A stretch of 64,000 nt of DNA, taken from positions 77,887-141,886 of the IMG/VR virus record IMGVR_UViG_3300013383_000017. One strand, given 5' to 3'. Shown here piece by piece: positions 37,749 through 47,824 of this stretch. Under the pieces are notes generated by a model that saw only the letters and a list, made by a program, of their open reading frames with translations, was not told the DNA's origin and did not search any database. Made by a program: the position numbers and the translations under genes. Numbering within the stretch: position 1 is the first letter of the stretch; each line of letters begins with the position of its first letter. The stretch is from a virus (lineage: Duplodnaviria; Caudoviricetes).

Positions 37749-40700
37749 ACCCTGTCATAAAGAGTTACTTTATCACTATTACATTTAGGGCATCTAGCAA
37801 ATGGTTTTTTTGCTATAAAACCACAATCATCACACTCACAATTTGGAACATTAAATGTAAAATAGTTACAGCCTACTTCTGCTGCAAATTGTAGTATTTT
37901 TTCATATTGTTCTTTATCTAAATGTTCAGATAAATTAATATGGCATGCTGATCCACCATCTAATTGATTGTTAGCAAATTGTGTACTATGTAATATTATT
38001 TTATCTGTTATACTAATTTCTGTATCATTAGGTTTAAATATATAAGAAGCATAAAGATTAGTATCTGTAGGTACCCAATATCCATCTTCTTTATCTCTAT
38101 TATATAGTTTAATAGCAGCAGATTCTGCAGGTACTAGTTCTGTATTAAACATAGTATTCTCTGTTTTGTGCTTAGTATTTTCTTCTTTAATAGTAGAGAA
38201 TATAAAAGAACAAAACTCTTTATAGTCTTTATTATTATTACACTGAATTCCAATAAATTCTGCAGCTTGATTTAAACCATTTATACCAATAGTTAAATAC
38301 TGTTTATCTAAGTTTATAAAACCTGCTTTATATGCATTAAGAAGATTATTATTATATGCCCAATGTAACATATCATTATAAGCAGTATGATAAAGATATA
38401 CTCTATTAAGAATATTAATAATACTATCTTTTATATTCTTCTTGAGTGTTTCTTTATTTTCATTTACCCATTCTGATGTTGGTTTTTCTCCTTTATTTTT
38501 ACCAGTAGAGTTTAAATAACAATCTTGAATTATCCTATTTAAATTTAATGTTATTACATTTTTACTTCCAGTCATTATACCAATCTGACCATTAGTAGTT
38601 GTAAACTGATTAGATGTAATAGAGTTTCTTAATCTACAATTATGTGTATTTAAACCATTAGCTAAAGTAAAATAAGGCATATTTTGATTACTACATTGAA
38701 AGCAATAAATATCTTTATTATAATCTATTTTTTCAATAGACTCAACCTTCCAATAAGCGGCACAGTCTGTATTTTTTAAATAAAATGTATCTTTAGTTAC
38801 TATTTCTAGACATTGAATTGGGGTGTTTTTATAATCTACAAAATCATAACTAACAGTCTGAATACCTAAAGAAACACATAAAGCTTCTACTTTAGTAAAC
38901 AAATCTTTATTTTTAGTAGAAAAGAAAGGATGATTATCATCTGTAACAGCAGTAAATAATCCTTCTATAATACCTCTTCTAAACTTTTCTTGTTGATAAA
39001 GACATTCTATTTTAAGAGAGTAGTTATTAACAAGAGTATCACTTGGTTCATACTTAATCCATCTTGAGATAAATTTATATATAGGGTTATCTTTGCATTC
39101 TACTATACATCCTCCCTTTGTTGGTTGTTTATATATAAAATTACCTAAAGTAGATAGAGTTTCTTTATATTTATTCCAAGTAACAACATCAAGATTAAAT
39201 GCTATTTCTTTATAAGCACTTTTATCTATTAATAGTGGTTTATCAAAAGTATCTCTTGTTAAACATAATCCTAACAATAAACCAAAAGCATATGATAAAT
39301 GATTATCTTCTGTTCCAAGTAATACCTTGTTATTAAACTCCAAATAATCAGTTGTTGTTAAGTCTTTTGTTTCTTTTTCTCCATCTAATGTAAGATTTAT
39401 ATGATTGTCGCTCATAATAAATTCTCTATTATTAGCAGTAACAACTTTATACATTTTTCTATTAGGTAATTTAATAACTTTACCTTTTATCCATTCTCCA
39501 TTATAAAGAGTTTCAATTTCATCTTTAATATCAAATTCCCATAGTTTCTTAAAAGGTGTTATATTTACTTTATTTTTGTATCTCCATATTATCTTAGTAT
39601 CACCATTAAAACAACAAGAACTAAGACTATCTACACTATTAGAATTATATATAAAGAATGAATTACCTTCAGCTAACTCTTTACATATAAAATCTTTAGT
39701 TTGTTTATCTTTAAAATCATTATTTTCAGTAAGACAAGCATAACTAACTACTGGGAAAGTAAGCATACATTTTAATCTTTCCTGATTGAACCAGTGGAGA
39801 AAATGTTGCTGTAGCCAATTAAAAGATTCCCAATGAGGTGCTGTTCCATCTGGAAAATAGAAACTACTAAACATACCCTCAAAGAAATACTTATCAAATA
39901 AAGAGAAGTTAGTAAAAGGACACTGAGCACCTCTACTACTTGCTACTTGATTAATAGAATAAACTATTTGTTGAAGGTATTGGTCTATTTGTTGTTCTAT
40001 TGTTTTCTTATTTTTTACAATATCAGAAGAGATAAGCTTATCAACATTAAGATAATAATCCTCTCCCCATTCTATTTCACAGAATCTATTAAAATACAAT
40101 AATACTTCTGGTGTAGCTACAGCACCTTTAACCTCTGAAGCCAATGCAAATATAAGATTAATATATATACCACAGAATGATTCAAGAGATTTAGGAACAG
40201 CTGATTTACCACCTAAATCTTTTAATCCATTTAATAGAAATGGATACATTGATACTGCCATACAGTATGGCATCATTACTTGTGAAGAAGAATCATGAGC
40301 ATAAAGAATTGATTTAAAGTCCTTTTCCATTTGTTTAATATCAAATGTTTCATCAATATTTCTTACCCATTTTTCCCAAATATACATATTAGTAATTTGA
40401 TTATCTTGCTTATGTATTTCTGAGTTTAATACTGCAACATTATGATTATTAACATTAGCATTATCATCTATTGTAGCATTAGCAGTATTATTTGAATTTA
40501 CAAAATTATTTATAAAATCTAATTTTTGTTTTGCAAATTCTCTATTAGTTTTATGATTATAATTATATATAATGTAAGCCTTTGCTACATCAGCATAATT
40601 AAAATGTATAATAGCTCTAATTACAGCATCTTGAATTTCTTCAGTTGTTTTACATCCTTCTGATAAAAATTCAGCATAAACTAATACATTTTTAGGACAC

Positions 40701-40801
40701 TCAATTCCCATTACTGCTATAAATGCAGAATTAAGTGCTTTTTTAATTTTATTAAAGTTATAATCTACTCTATTTCCAAATTTATTTTTTATTTTCCTCA
40801 T
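37749..40801 (-). CDS. nrdD: Class III anaerobic ribonucleotide reductase, exon 1 (ATP cone, intein-containing)
   Basis: N-terminal ATP cone, PYCMAV, SSC|intein|CRL, TIGING, ELVPAE, CDDC..CPKC Zn site, YDRV. Confidence 0.93.
38639..39613 (-). mobile_element. Intein (325 aa) in NrdD with a degenerate LAGLIDADG domain
   Basis: Begins CFNGDTKI; block B SDNHINLT; ends IYCFQC..FTLANGLNTHN followed by Cys+1. Removal restores SSCCRL. Confidence 0.93.
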
Positions 40802-41834
40802 TTTTTAACCACTCCTCAATATTATTTGGTTTTGTAGTAAATATTCCTTTAGGAACTGTAGGAGATTGATTTAAATAATAGTGTAAATCAGTTACTATTT
40901 CTCTCCAATTTTTAATAGTATAATCTCCACATTTAAAAGTAACTTCTGTTTTTGTAAATGGGCATTCCCAAACAAGTGGTACTCTTGTTTTATTATTTAT
41001 AACAATGAATCTATAGTTCTCTAAAGTAAAGTCTTTAAAATAGTCATCTTTTAAGAGATTTTGTCTAATTATGTACCAATATAATTGCGCCTGTATGAAG
41101 TAAGACCATTGAATGAATGATTTAGGAAAATCATATTCAAAATGTGATGATGTTTTCAAATCACAAGGTGTAATAGTCTTATTTTCATAATCTACAACTA
41201 TTAAATCAGCCATACATCTTAAAGGTATATTGTTATACTCTCCTTTAAATTTTAATTGATAATATCTTTTTATAGGTTCAAAAGGATTATCTTGGGCAAA
41301 GTAAAAAGAAGTTGCTGGGTTGTTTTTTAGTATATCTACACATTCTTTTACTTCATTACTTATAGTATTTGACAATAATTCTTTTCCTTCAGATAAAGAT
41401 AAAAGATTGTATAACTGACTACCTTTTTCTATTATATCTTTAACTCTTGTTTCTGGCTTCCATCTTAATTGGTACTTTAAAATTTCTGTATAGTTAATTA
41501 AATCATTTGTAGGTATAGAAGAGAGTGAGTCATATTTATCTTTATTTTCATTGTATATTACACTTACTATATTAAATACAGTATCTGATACTTCTGGAAA
41601 ATCTGCAATAAAGAATCTTTCTTTAAATGCTTCTTCTCCATCAGTTAATAATGTATCAACTGCACTTCCAAAAGTTAAAGAGGGTGAAGAAACTTTATCA
41701 AATAACTTTGAAAGCTCTGAAAATCCACCCCTATAAAACTTAGCTAATGTTGAATAACTATAAGCCTTATCTTCTCTATAAGTTGATTCTGGTACTTCCC
41801 AACTTATTGTATTTAATTGCTTTTCAATATTCAT
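40782..41834 (-). CDS. PD-(D/E)XK exonuclease-like protein
   Basis: SYSTL, FGSAVD, CMADLIVVD..PCDLKTS..YFIQAQLY. Confidence 0.8.
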   Translation of the reverse strand: MNIEKQLNTISWEVPESTYREDKAYSYSTLAKFYRGGFSELSKLFDKVSSPSLTFGSAVDTLLTDGEEAFKERFFIADFPEVSDTVFNIVSVIYNENKDKYDSLSSIPTNDLINYTEILKYQLRWKPETRVKDIIEKGSQLYNLLSLSEGKELLSNTISNEVKECVDILKNNPATSFYFAQDNPFEPIKRYYQLKFKGEYNNIPLRCMADLIVVDYENKTITPCDLKTSSHFEYDFPKSFIQWSYFIQAQLYWYIIRQNLLKDDYFKDFTLENYRFIVINNKTRVPLVWECPFTKTEVTFKCGDYTIKNWREIVTDLHYYLNQSPTVPKGIFTTKPNNIEEWLKNEENKK

Positions 41835-42102
41835 CTTCTATTTGTTCTTCAAAATCCCCTATTAATAATAAATAATCAACAATAATACCTGCCAATTCAT
41901 AGATTTTATCCAAATCTAAAGATGCAAATTTATTTATATATTCTTCTGTATTTGTGGTTTTTTCTATCTTTTTTATACAAGAATCTACTAATTCTTTTAG
42001 TGAATTAAAATCTCTTTTGGCTATTAATTTTAATGCTATGTTTTTATCTTTTTCTGGTAGATATTGTACTAACTCATTTATTTTTTTATTTGGTGATTTC
42101 AT
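41824..42102 (-). CDS. Hypothetical protein
   Basis: 92 aa, overlaps both neighbours in the operon. Confidence 0.6.
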   Translation of the reverse strand: MKSPNKKINELVQYLPEKDKNIALKLIAKRDFNSLKELVDSCIKKIEKTTNTEEYINKFASLDLDKIYELAGIIVDYLLLIGDFEEQIEDEY

Positions 42103-42499
42103 TTTTAATTAATAATAAACTTTTTTCTAAATCTTTTAAAGAATGTGTTTCTATAAATATTATATTTTTATTAATAATGCTATTAAGAAATAATTTTCTT
42201 TTATAAGGATATACATCATTATAGAAACCTTTTACTTCTATGTATATATTAATATTATTTATAGTAATTTTAAAATCTGGTGTATATGTCATTTTTAAAA
42301 TTTTCCTTTTTACTTTTTCACCATCTTTGTAATAATTATGAGAATAAAAAGATTCAGAAAGGACAAAAGCATCTGGTTCATAAGATGCTTTGTATCCTTC
42401 CTTTTTTAAATATTTATATACAGAACACTCTAAAATACTTTTAAATTTAATATTATCATATGATTTAGATGTTGTATTTATAATCTTTTTGTTCGGCAT
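42086..42499 (-). CDS. PD-(D/E)XK endonuclease (T7 endonuclease I / DUF1064-like)
   Basis: FKSILE..YTPDF..YIEVKG motif. Confidence 0.8.
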   Translation of the reverse strand: MPNKKIINTTSKSYDNIKFKSILECSVYKYLKKEGYKASYEPDAFVLSESFYSHNYYKDGEKVKRKILKMTYTPDFKITINNINIYIEVKGFYNDVYPYKRKLFLNSIINKNIIFIETHSLKDLEKSLLLIKNEITK

Positions 42500-42926
42500 G
42501 TAAAAGAGGTTTTATAATATCTAATACTAAAAGAGCATCTTCATACTTTCTAAAAAATGGTGCTATTTTAGTATCTATATTTTCTGTGGCTACACTACAG
42601 ATTCTTTCTCTTACTATATCTATATAATATAAGATGTCAACATCTTTAATATGCCCTTCAAAACTACAATCTAAAGATTTAGCCATAAACATTATAATTT
42701 CTGAAAAGAAAGCATCTTTAGCAGCAGAGTAAAGCTTTTTATATTTAGATACTAGGTCATCACCCATAATATCTTTTAGAGAAGTAAAGAAGAAATCTAG
42801 TAAATCACTCTTTTCTAATACACCTGTTTTACATAGTGCTTCAAGTGTTTCTTCTGATACATTTTTGAGATTTATATTATCTCCTACTTTTACTTTTGTG
42901 TTTGTTTGTTTGTTAATGTAATACAT
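42465..42926 (-). CDS. Hypothetical protein
   Basis: 153 aa ORF within the operon. Confidence 0.6.
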   Translation of the reverse strand: MYYINKQTNTKVKVGDNINLKNVSEETLEALCKTGVLEKSDLLDFFFTSLKDIMGDDLVSKYKKLYSAAKDAFFSEIIMFMAKSLDCSFEGHIKDVDILYYIDIVRERICSVATENIDTKIAPFFRKYEDALLVLDIIKPLLHAEQKDYKYNI

Positions 42927-42927
42927 A

Positions 42928-43578
42928 TTATTTCCAATAAATTAATGGTTTATTATATTTAATATTAATACCATCTATCTGTTTAAATATATTAGGTAGC
43001 AATATATTATTTCTGGCACAATAAGATGGATGGGGTGAAAGTATTGTAAATTCTTTATCTATAATAGTAGAATATCTTTTACACCATTCTCCAAATAATA
43101 CAAATATAGTATGCGGATATTCACTTTTTATATTTATAATTAATTGTTTTGTAAATAAGTCCCAAATTTCTAAATTAGATGCTGGGTTATTTTCTATTAC
43201 TGTAAGTGCAGAGTTTAAAAGAAGGACCCCTTGTTTAGCTAAATAATGTAAATCTTTTTTACCTCCTATAGGAACATCATCATAGTATTTATCTATAGAA
43301 TCAAGTAAAACTTTTAACGATGGTGAAGTATATAATGATTCACTATTATTAGCAAAACAAAGTCCTGTAGCAATATCTTTTTGTGAATATGGGTCTTGCC
43401 CTAAAAAAACTATATTTAGTTTATCAATAGGACAATCAAAAAAGGCTTTAAATATATATTTTTTATTTGGTAAAATATTATATTTAAAAGATAAAGAATT
43501 AATATTATTTAAAGCCTTTTCTAATTCTTTTTTAGGTATTAAAGGTTCCCATTTTTCAAAAAATTGAGAGTAATTCAT
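42928..43578 (-). CDS. ung: Uracil-DNA glycosylase, family 1
   Basis: LGQDPY, ATGLCF, SPSL, QGVLLLNSALT, HPS motifs. Confidence 0.92.
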   Translation of the reverse strand: MNYSQFFEKWEPLIPKKELEKALNNINSLSFKYNILPNKKYIFKAFFDCPIDKLNIVFLGQDPYSQKDIATGLCFANNSESLYTSPSLKVLLDSIDKYYDDVPIGGKKDLHYLAKQGVLLLNSALTVIENNPASNLEIWDLFTKQLIINIKSEYPHTIFVLFGEWCKRYSTIIDKEFTILSPHPSYCARNNILLPNIFKQIDGINIKYNKPLIYWK

Positions 43579-44116
43579 CTATAACTTCATTAGGAGCTGT
43601 TTTTAATTTTAATTTTGCATATTCTGTTACATTTTCATTACTATCACATTCTGCTGGTATCATTTTTTCAAAGACACACTTAGAAAAATCATAAAAGAGT
43701 AGAGATAATCCATTGATTTCAATATCTTTTATATGTTGTACTAACCATTTTTCTAAAGGGTCATTAGAAGTTAAACATTCTTTATTTAATAAAAAAATAC
43801 CATGTGATGATATAAAAACAGGAATATTTTTATTATTATAAATAATACCATTATATGTGTAATATATAGTATCTTTTAATTTTGCTTTGCATTTATTAGT
43901 ATTTCTTGCTAATAATAACAGTAGACTTGATACATTTTTAACTACAATAGTTATACTGTGCCTATAATTAACTGTATAAATACATGGCATAGAAATAGGT
44001 AATGTATATTTATAATTACTAGTGTCTCTATTAATAATTATATAATAAGAATCAATATCAGCAGGTATTCTATTAATAGGATAGTTTAAGTATTTCCAAG
44101 TTTTAATTGATATCAT
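43556..44116 (-). CDS. Hypothetical protein directly downstream of the E1/ThiF gene
   Basis: 186 aa, starts 3 nt after the E1 stop; no recognisable motif. Confidence 0.6.
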   Translation of the reverse strand: MISIKTWKYLNYPINRIPADIDSYYIIINRDTSNYKYTLPISMPCIYTVNYRHSITIVVKNVSSLLLLLARNTNKCKAKLKDTIYYTYNGIIYNNKNIPVFISSHGIFLLNKECLTSNDPLEKWLVQHIKDIEINGLSLLFYDFSKCVFEKMIPAECDSNENVTEYAKLKLKTAPNEVIDELLSIF

Positions 44117-44119
44117 TAT

Positions 44120-44965
44120 TTATTTTTGTTTTAAAAACATTAATTCTGCATTATATTCTGTATAGAAAGGTAAGTCCCTTTCCATTAAAGGATTACAGTC
44201 AAGATTAGTAACATAATTTATAAAAAGATTAGTCATTAAGGAACCTATTAAAGTAGCAGTATAAGTTGTTTGTTTGTAACTACATATTGATTGTTCCGCT
44301 TCTGCATCATCAAATAACCACTTTTCCTTATACTCTTCTATTCTTTTTTCATCATGTGCAGGAATACAGAATATCTGTAGCTGCTCTGCTGCTAACCTTC
44401 CATCTATAAAAACACCACTAGTATTAGTAGTATCCCGTAACCAACTATGAAATGCTATTTTTCTAGTTTGCATATTATCTACACAACAAAATGTTATAGG
44501 ACATAACTTATAAATATCTGAAAATCTTTCACTATAACAATATAAGTCTACATTATCACTAAATAATACAATATTTAAGCGTAAAGCATCTACTTTATAT
44601 TTTCCTATATCATTTATTGTATACATTTGTCCAGATATATTTTCTTCTCCTACTTTATCTGGATCAAAACACCTTATTTTAGCTAGATTTAATCTACTTA
44701 GATTATAAACTAAATTACTACCTATTCCTCCACAACCAATAACAGCTACTTCCTTAGTTTTTACTGCTTCAAACCATATTGCTGAAGAAAATCTAGAGGT
44801 CTTTAAATCTATTTTTTCTTCATCAGTTTTTATTATTGGTAGTATTTTATTTTCTTCAGTTACTGTAATCTCTTCTTCTGTCACTGTTGGTGTGGTTGTT
44901 TGAAATAATTCACTATATTCTTCTGGTGATAGTATTTGTCTAAAAGTGTTTTCTATATTTTCCAT
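44120..44965 (-). CDS. E1-like ThiF/MoeB family adenylating enzyme
   Basis: VIGCGGIGS nucleotide-binding loop, FDPDKV..NISGQ, GKYKV, VDNMQTR, IDGR; candidate catalytic Cys in SICSYKQ. Confidence 0.9.
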   Translation of the reverse strand: MENIENTFRQILSPEEYSELFQTTTPTVTEEEITVTEENKILPIIKTDEEKIDLKTSRFSSAIWFEAVKTKEVAVIGCGGIGSNLVYNLSRLNLAKIRCFDPDKVGEENISGQMYTINDIGKYKVDALRLNIVLFSDNVDLYCYSERFSDIYKLCPITFCCVDNMQTRKIAFHSWLRDTTNTSGVFIDGRLAAEQLQIFCIPAHDEKRIEEYKEKWLFDDAEAEQSICSYKQTTYTATLIGSLMTNLFINYVTNLDCNPLMERDLPFYTEYNAELMFLKQK

Positions 44966-44981
44966 TTTATAAAATTATTAT

Positions 44982-46127
44982 TTAAAATTCATTTGAAAAC
45001 ATATAAGTATTCAGTATATCTAATATGTTATCAATATAATCATTAGATTTCATTGTTCTTAATAGTTTAGCTATATTATAAGCATATATACACATTATTG
45101 ATACTGTAATATCTTCATCTGAATTATCATAATTTATATACCTTTCTAGTTTATCATCTTCTATATGACTTAATATATAATCACAAAGTCTTTCTATGTA
45201 ATCAGTATAGGTAAAAATATCAGAAAAATAGTTATCAAGAGTTTTTACCATATCTTTTTCTACATATTTTCTAATATCATCAATATTATTGCACTGAGAA
45301 CATACATTTGCTGATACTAATTTATAAGTTACATCATATAAAGTATGTAAATCTATAGGAGCTTTACTATAAAAAGTACCTACATCTTTTAGCTCTACTT
45401 CTTCATCTTTCTCTTTTGAAAAATTTAATGATATAAATCCTTTATTGTCAGTGTCATGGTTATCAAACAAAGAAGGGTATATAGATTTATAATTTGTTAC
45501 TTTTTTAGCTGTTAGTTCCTTATATCTATCTAGAATATCTTTATTGATCGAATCATTCTTTCCTTCAATTACTATTTCTAGAGGAAACCACTCTATACCT
45601 GTTACTTTAGAGCAATTTATATTTTTAGTATCACTAAAATTATCATCAAAACACTTTGTAGTTACTGTTGATACTCCTGTAATAGTCGTTATTACTTGTC
45701 TTGTAATTCTTGCAGTATATTGTTCTGCATTATTTACAATCAAAGAAAGAAAATTACAAGTTTCTTTTCCTTCTTTTTCTAGTGTATCTTCATCTGTACC
45801 ACTAAAGAAAGTCTGCATCTGTTGATGTGAGTGAATTAATCCTATTTTACAGTCTAATAAATCTGAAAGTAACATATATTGTGTTATTTCAGCATCTACT
45901 TTGAATTCAGTAAAAGTAGCATTTCCAACATCAGATACTAGAAAATCTTCTACTGTTAATTTAATACCATTTTCAAAATTCTCTTTATAATTATAAAATA
46001 AATATCCAGACCATTCTGTTGTTGGGGATACTTTACACCATTGTTGTATCTTCTCAAAGACTTTTTTAGGTATAAATAATTGTTGCTTTACAGCACTTTT
46101 TGTTTTAAATAATATACTCTGTTCCAT
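44982..46127 (-). CDS. JAB/JAMM (MPN+) metalloprotease
   Basis: EWSGYL plus HSH-QQMQTFF-S-GT-D gives an exact E..HxHx7Sx2D motif. Confidence 0.88.
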   Translation of the reverse strand: MEQSILFKTKSAVKQQLFIPKKVFEKIQQWCKVSPTTEWSGYLFYNYKENFENGIKLTVEDFLVSDVGNATFTEFKVDAEITQYMLLSDLLDCKIGLIHSHQQMQTFFSGTDEDTLEKEGKETCNFLSLIVNNAEQYTARITRQVITTITGVSTVTTKCFDDNFSDTKNINCSKVTGIEWFPLEIVIEGKNDSINKDILDRYKELTAKKVTNYKSIYPSLFDNHDTDNKGFISLNFSKEKDEEVELKDVGTFYSKAPIDLHTLYDVTYKLVSANVCSQCNNIDDIRKYVEKDMVKTLDNYFSDIFTYTDYIERLCDYILSHIEDDKLERYINYDNSDEDITVSIMCIYAYNIAKLLRTMKSNDYIDNILDILNTYMFSNEF

Positions 46128-47151
46128 TGCTACTTATTGTTGCATTTAATAATTTTATTATACATACTACTATATAATTAAAAGCACTTTCTCCTAATCC
46201 ATATACTTTATTATATTCTTGATAACCATTATTTTTTATTTTAATGTGTACTGGTTCTCCTTTAAAATTAAAATAACTAATAGTTGGATATCTAGATATA
46301 ACATCTTCTAAACTAGAAAAAGGATAATAACTCACATTATTAGTTTCTGTTTTCCATAAAGTATTGTTTTTAAAAACTCTTATCGCCAAAAAACTTCTTT
46401 TTGTACTTAGAGGAATACTGGTAACTAAATTACACCATTCAATATAACTATTTGAAATGTCTATATAACAATCTGAAATAGATTTATTGAACCAAAATAT
46501 GCTACCATTATAAGAAAATGGGGTATCTTCTTTTTTAATATAATACCTAATAAAAGAATTTAATATTGATTTATCATTAGATGGTATATTATTTATTATA
46601 TTTGTTCTTAAGTTACTAAATAATATTGGTGTTAAGTGTTCTTTTTTATTTACATTACTTAAATATCTATAGGGTACACCTCGTAGACTTTCTGTTTTTA
46701 CATATAAAGATAACTCAAAACAAAATAGTTCCCATTTATCTAAATTATTATTTATCAACAATTCATATTGAGTTCTTTTTATAGGTCCTGTTCCTAGACA
46801 TGGTGTTTTCCATTCATACTTATATGGTATACCTTGTATGTGAGAATGACAATAGCTATGTTCTAATTGAGCTATAGTAAATGTAGTACCAGTCATAGTA
46901 AATAAATTAAATAATTTACCTTCTTTAGTAAGGGGTACTTGCACCCAAAGATCTTCCACATCTAGACTTTCATTATTTTCATTAGATATAGTTACTTTTG
47001 GAAAATGTACTATGATATTACAAAATTCAGTATTATCTGTATTTGTATCTTCTCTATTAGTAATATTTAAATCAGTATTTTCTTCTCCAAAAAAGTCTTT
47101 AAACACATTATAAACCTCGTTTACTTGTGTTGTGTTTTCATTGCTACTCAT
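46105..47151 (-). CDS. Prokaryotic E2-like (Ubl-conjugating) protein
   Basis: Beta-rich N-terminal domain with HSHI-x-PCLGTG, resembling the E2 HPN/HPH...C active site; sits between the Ubl and JAB genes. Confidence 0.65.
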   Translation of the reverse strand: MSSNENTTQVNEVYNVFKDFFGEENTDLNITNREDTNTDNTEFCNIIVHFPKVTISNENNESLDVEDLWVQVPLTKEGKLFNLFTMTGTTFTIAQLEHSYCHSHIQGIPYKYEWKTPCLGTGPIKRTQYELLINNNLDKWELFCFELSLYVKTESLRGVPYRYLSNVNKKEHLTPILFSNLRTNIINNIPSNDKSILNSFIRYYIKKEDTPFSYNGSIFWFNKSISDCYIDISNSYIEWCNLVTSIPLSTKRSFLAIRVFKNNTLWKTETNNVSYYPFSSLEDVISRYPTISYFNFKGEPVHIKIKNNGYQEYNKVYGLGESAFNYIVVCIIKLLNATISSNGTEYII

Positions 47152-47162
47152 TTTAATTAATT

Positions 47163-47189
47163 TATCCCCAAGAATATATCTTGGGGATA
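47163..47189. promoter_or_regulatory. Perfect 11-bp hairpin between the Ubl and E2 genes
   Basis: TATCCCCAAGA-atata-TCTTGGGGATA; no U tract in the sense (-) direction. Confidence 0.7.
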
Positions 47190-47199
47190 TTAAATAATA

Positions 47200-47784
47200 T
47201 TAAATTAAACCATTAAATAAAGCTAATAGGTCTTCTTCTTTATTAGATTCTTTTAGATACTCATTTAATGCATAGAATATAAATTGTTTTTCTCTCTCTG
47301 AGAATTCTTTATTATTCTTTACCCATGTCATAAATGAATTTATTGATGAATCTTCACTATTATGGCTACTTGCTATTTGTGTAGTTTTCCAACTATCTAT
47401 ATAACTTTCTAGAGTTTGAGTAGGAAGGTTAGTAAAGGAATAACCATAAATATCTTTAATAGGCTTATTTAAATTATTTGTAGTAATAAAATCATAACAT
47501 TCTGCCCTAGTAAGTCCAGAAGCAATCTTTTTCTGTGCTGTAGTTATTAGGAATACTAATTCATTAGTAGGATTACCATTCTTATCAGGTACATTTGTAG
47601 GAAGTATAGCATCATCTACAAATAGTTCTGTCTTTGATCTTCCTTCAAGAAATGCCATACCAGTACTTTCAATTCCTACATTTAAAAGTTCTGCTCTTAA
47701 TTCACCAAGTGTTGTAGCATTTGACATAAGTTCTTTTCTTGACTGTGTTGTGGATGAGATAACTGTAATTTTTCTTGTTTCCAT
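47200..47784 (-). CDS. Ubiquitin-like (beta-grasp) precursor protein with C-terminal extension
   Basis: Residues 1-90 follow a beta-grasp pattern (RKITVI..ELMSNATTLGELRAEL..MAFLEG..TEL..DAILP..LVFLI) and end in KKIASG; a 104-aa helical tail follows. First gene of the Ubl-E2-JAB-E1 run. Confidence 0.65.
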   Translation of the reverse strand: METRKITVISSTTQSRKELMSNATTLGELRAELLNVGIESTGMAFLEGRSKTELFVDDAILPTNVPDKNGNPTNELVFLITTAQKKIASGLTRAECYDFITTNNLNKPIKDIYGYSFTNLPTQTLESYIDSWKTTQIASSHNSEDSSINSFMTWVKNNKEFSEREKQFIFYALNEYLKESNKEEDLLALFNGLI

Positions 47785-47824
47785 AATATAATAAATTAAA
47801 ATAATAAATAAATTGTTAATAAAA

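Noticed and set aside
44120-44965. ThiF as a thiamine/molybdopterin biosynthesis or tRNA thiolation enzyme
   Set aside because: No ThiS/ThiG/MoaE/rhodanese or sulfur-relay genes are nearby; its neighbours are JAB, E2-like and Ubl-like genes.
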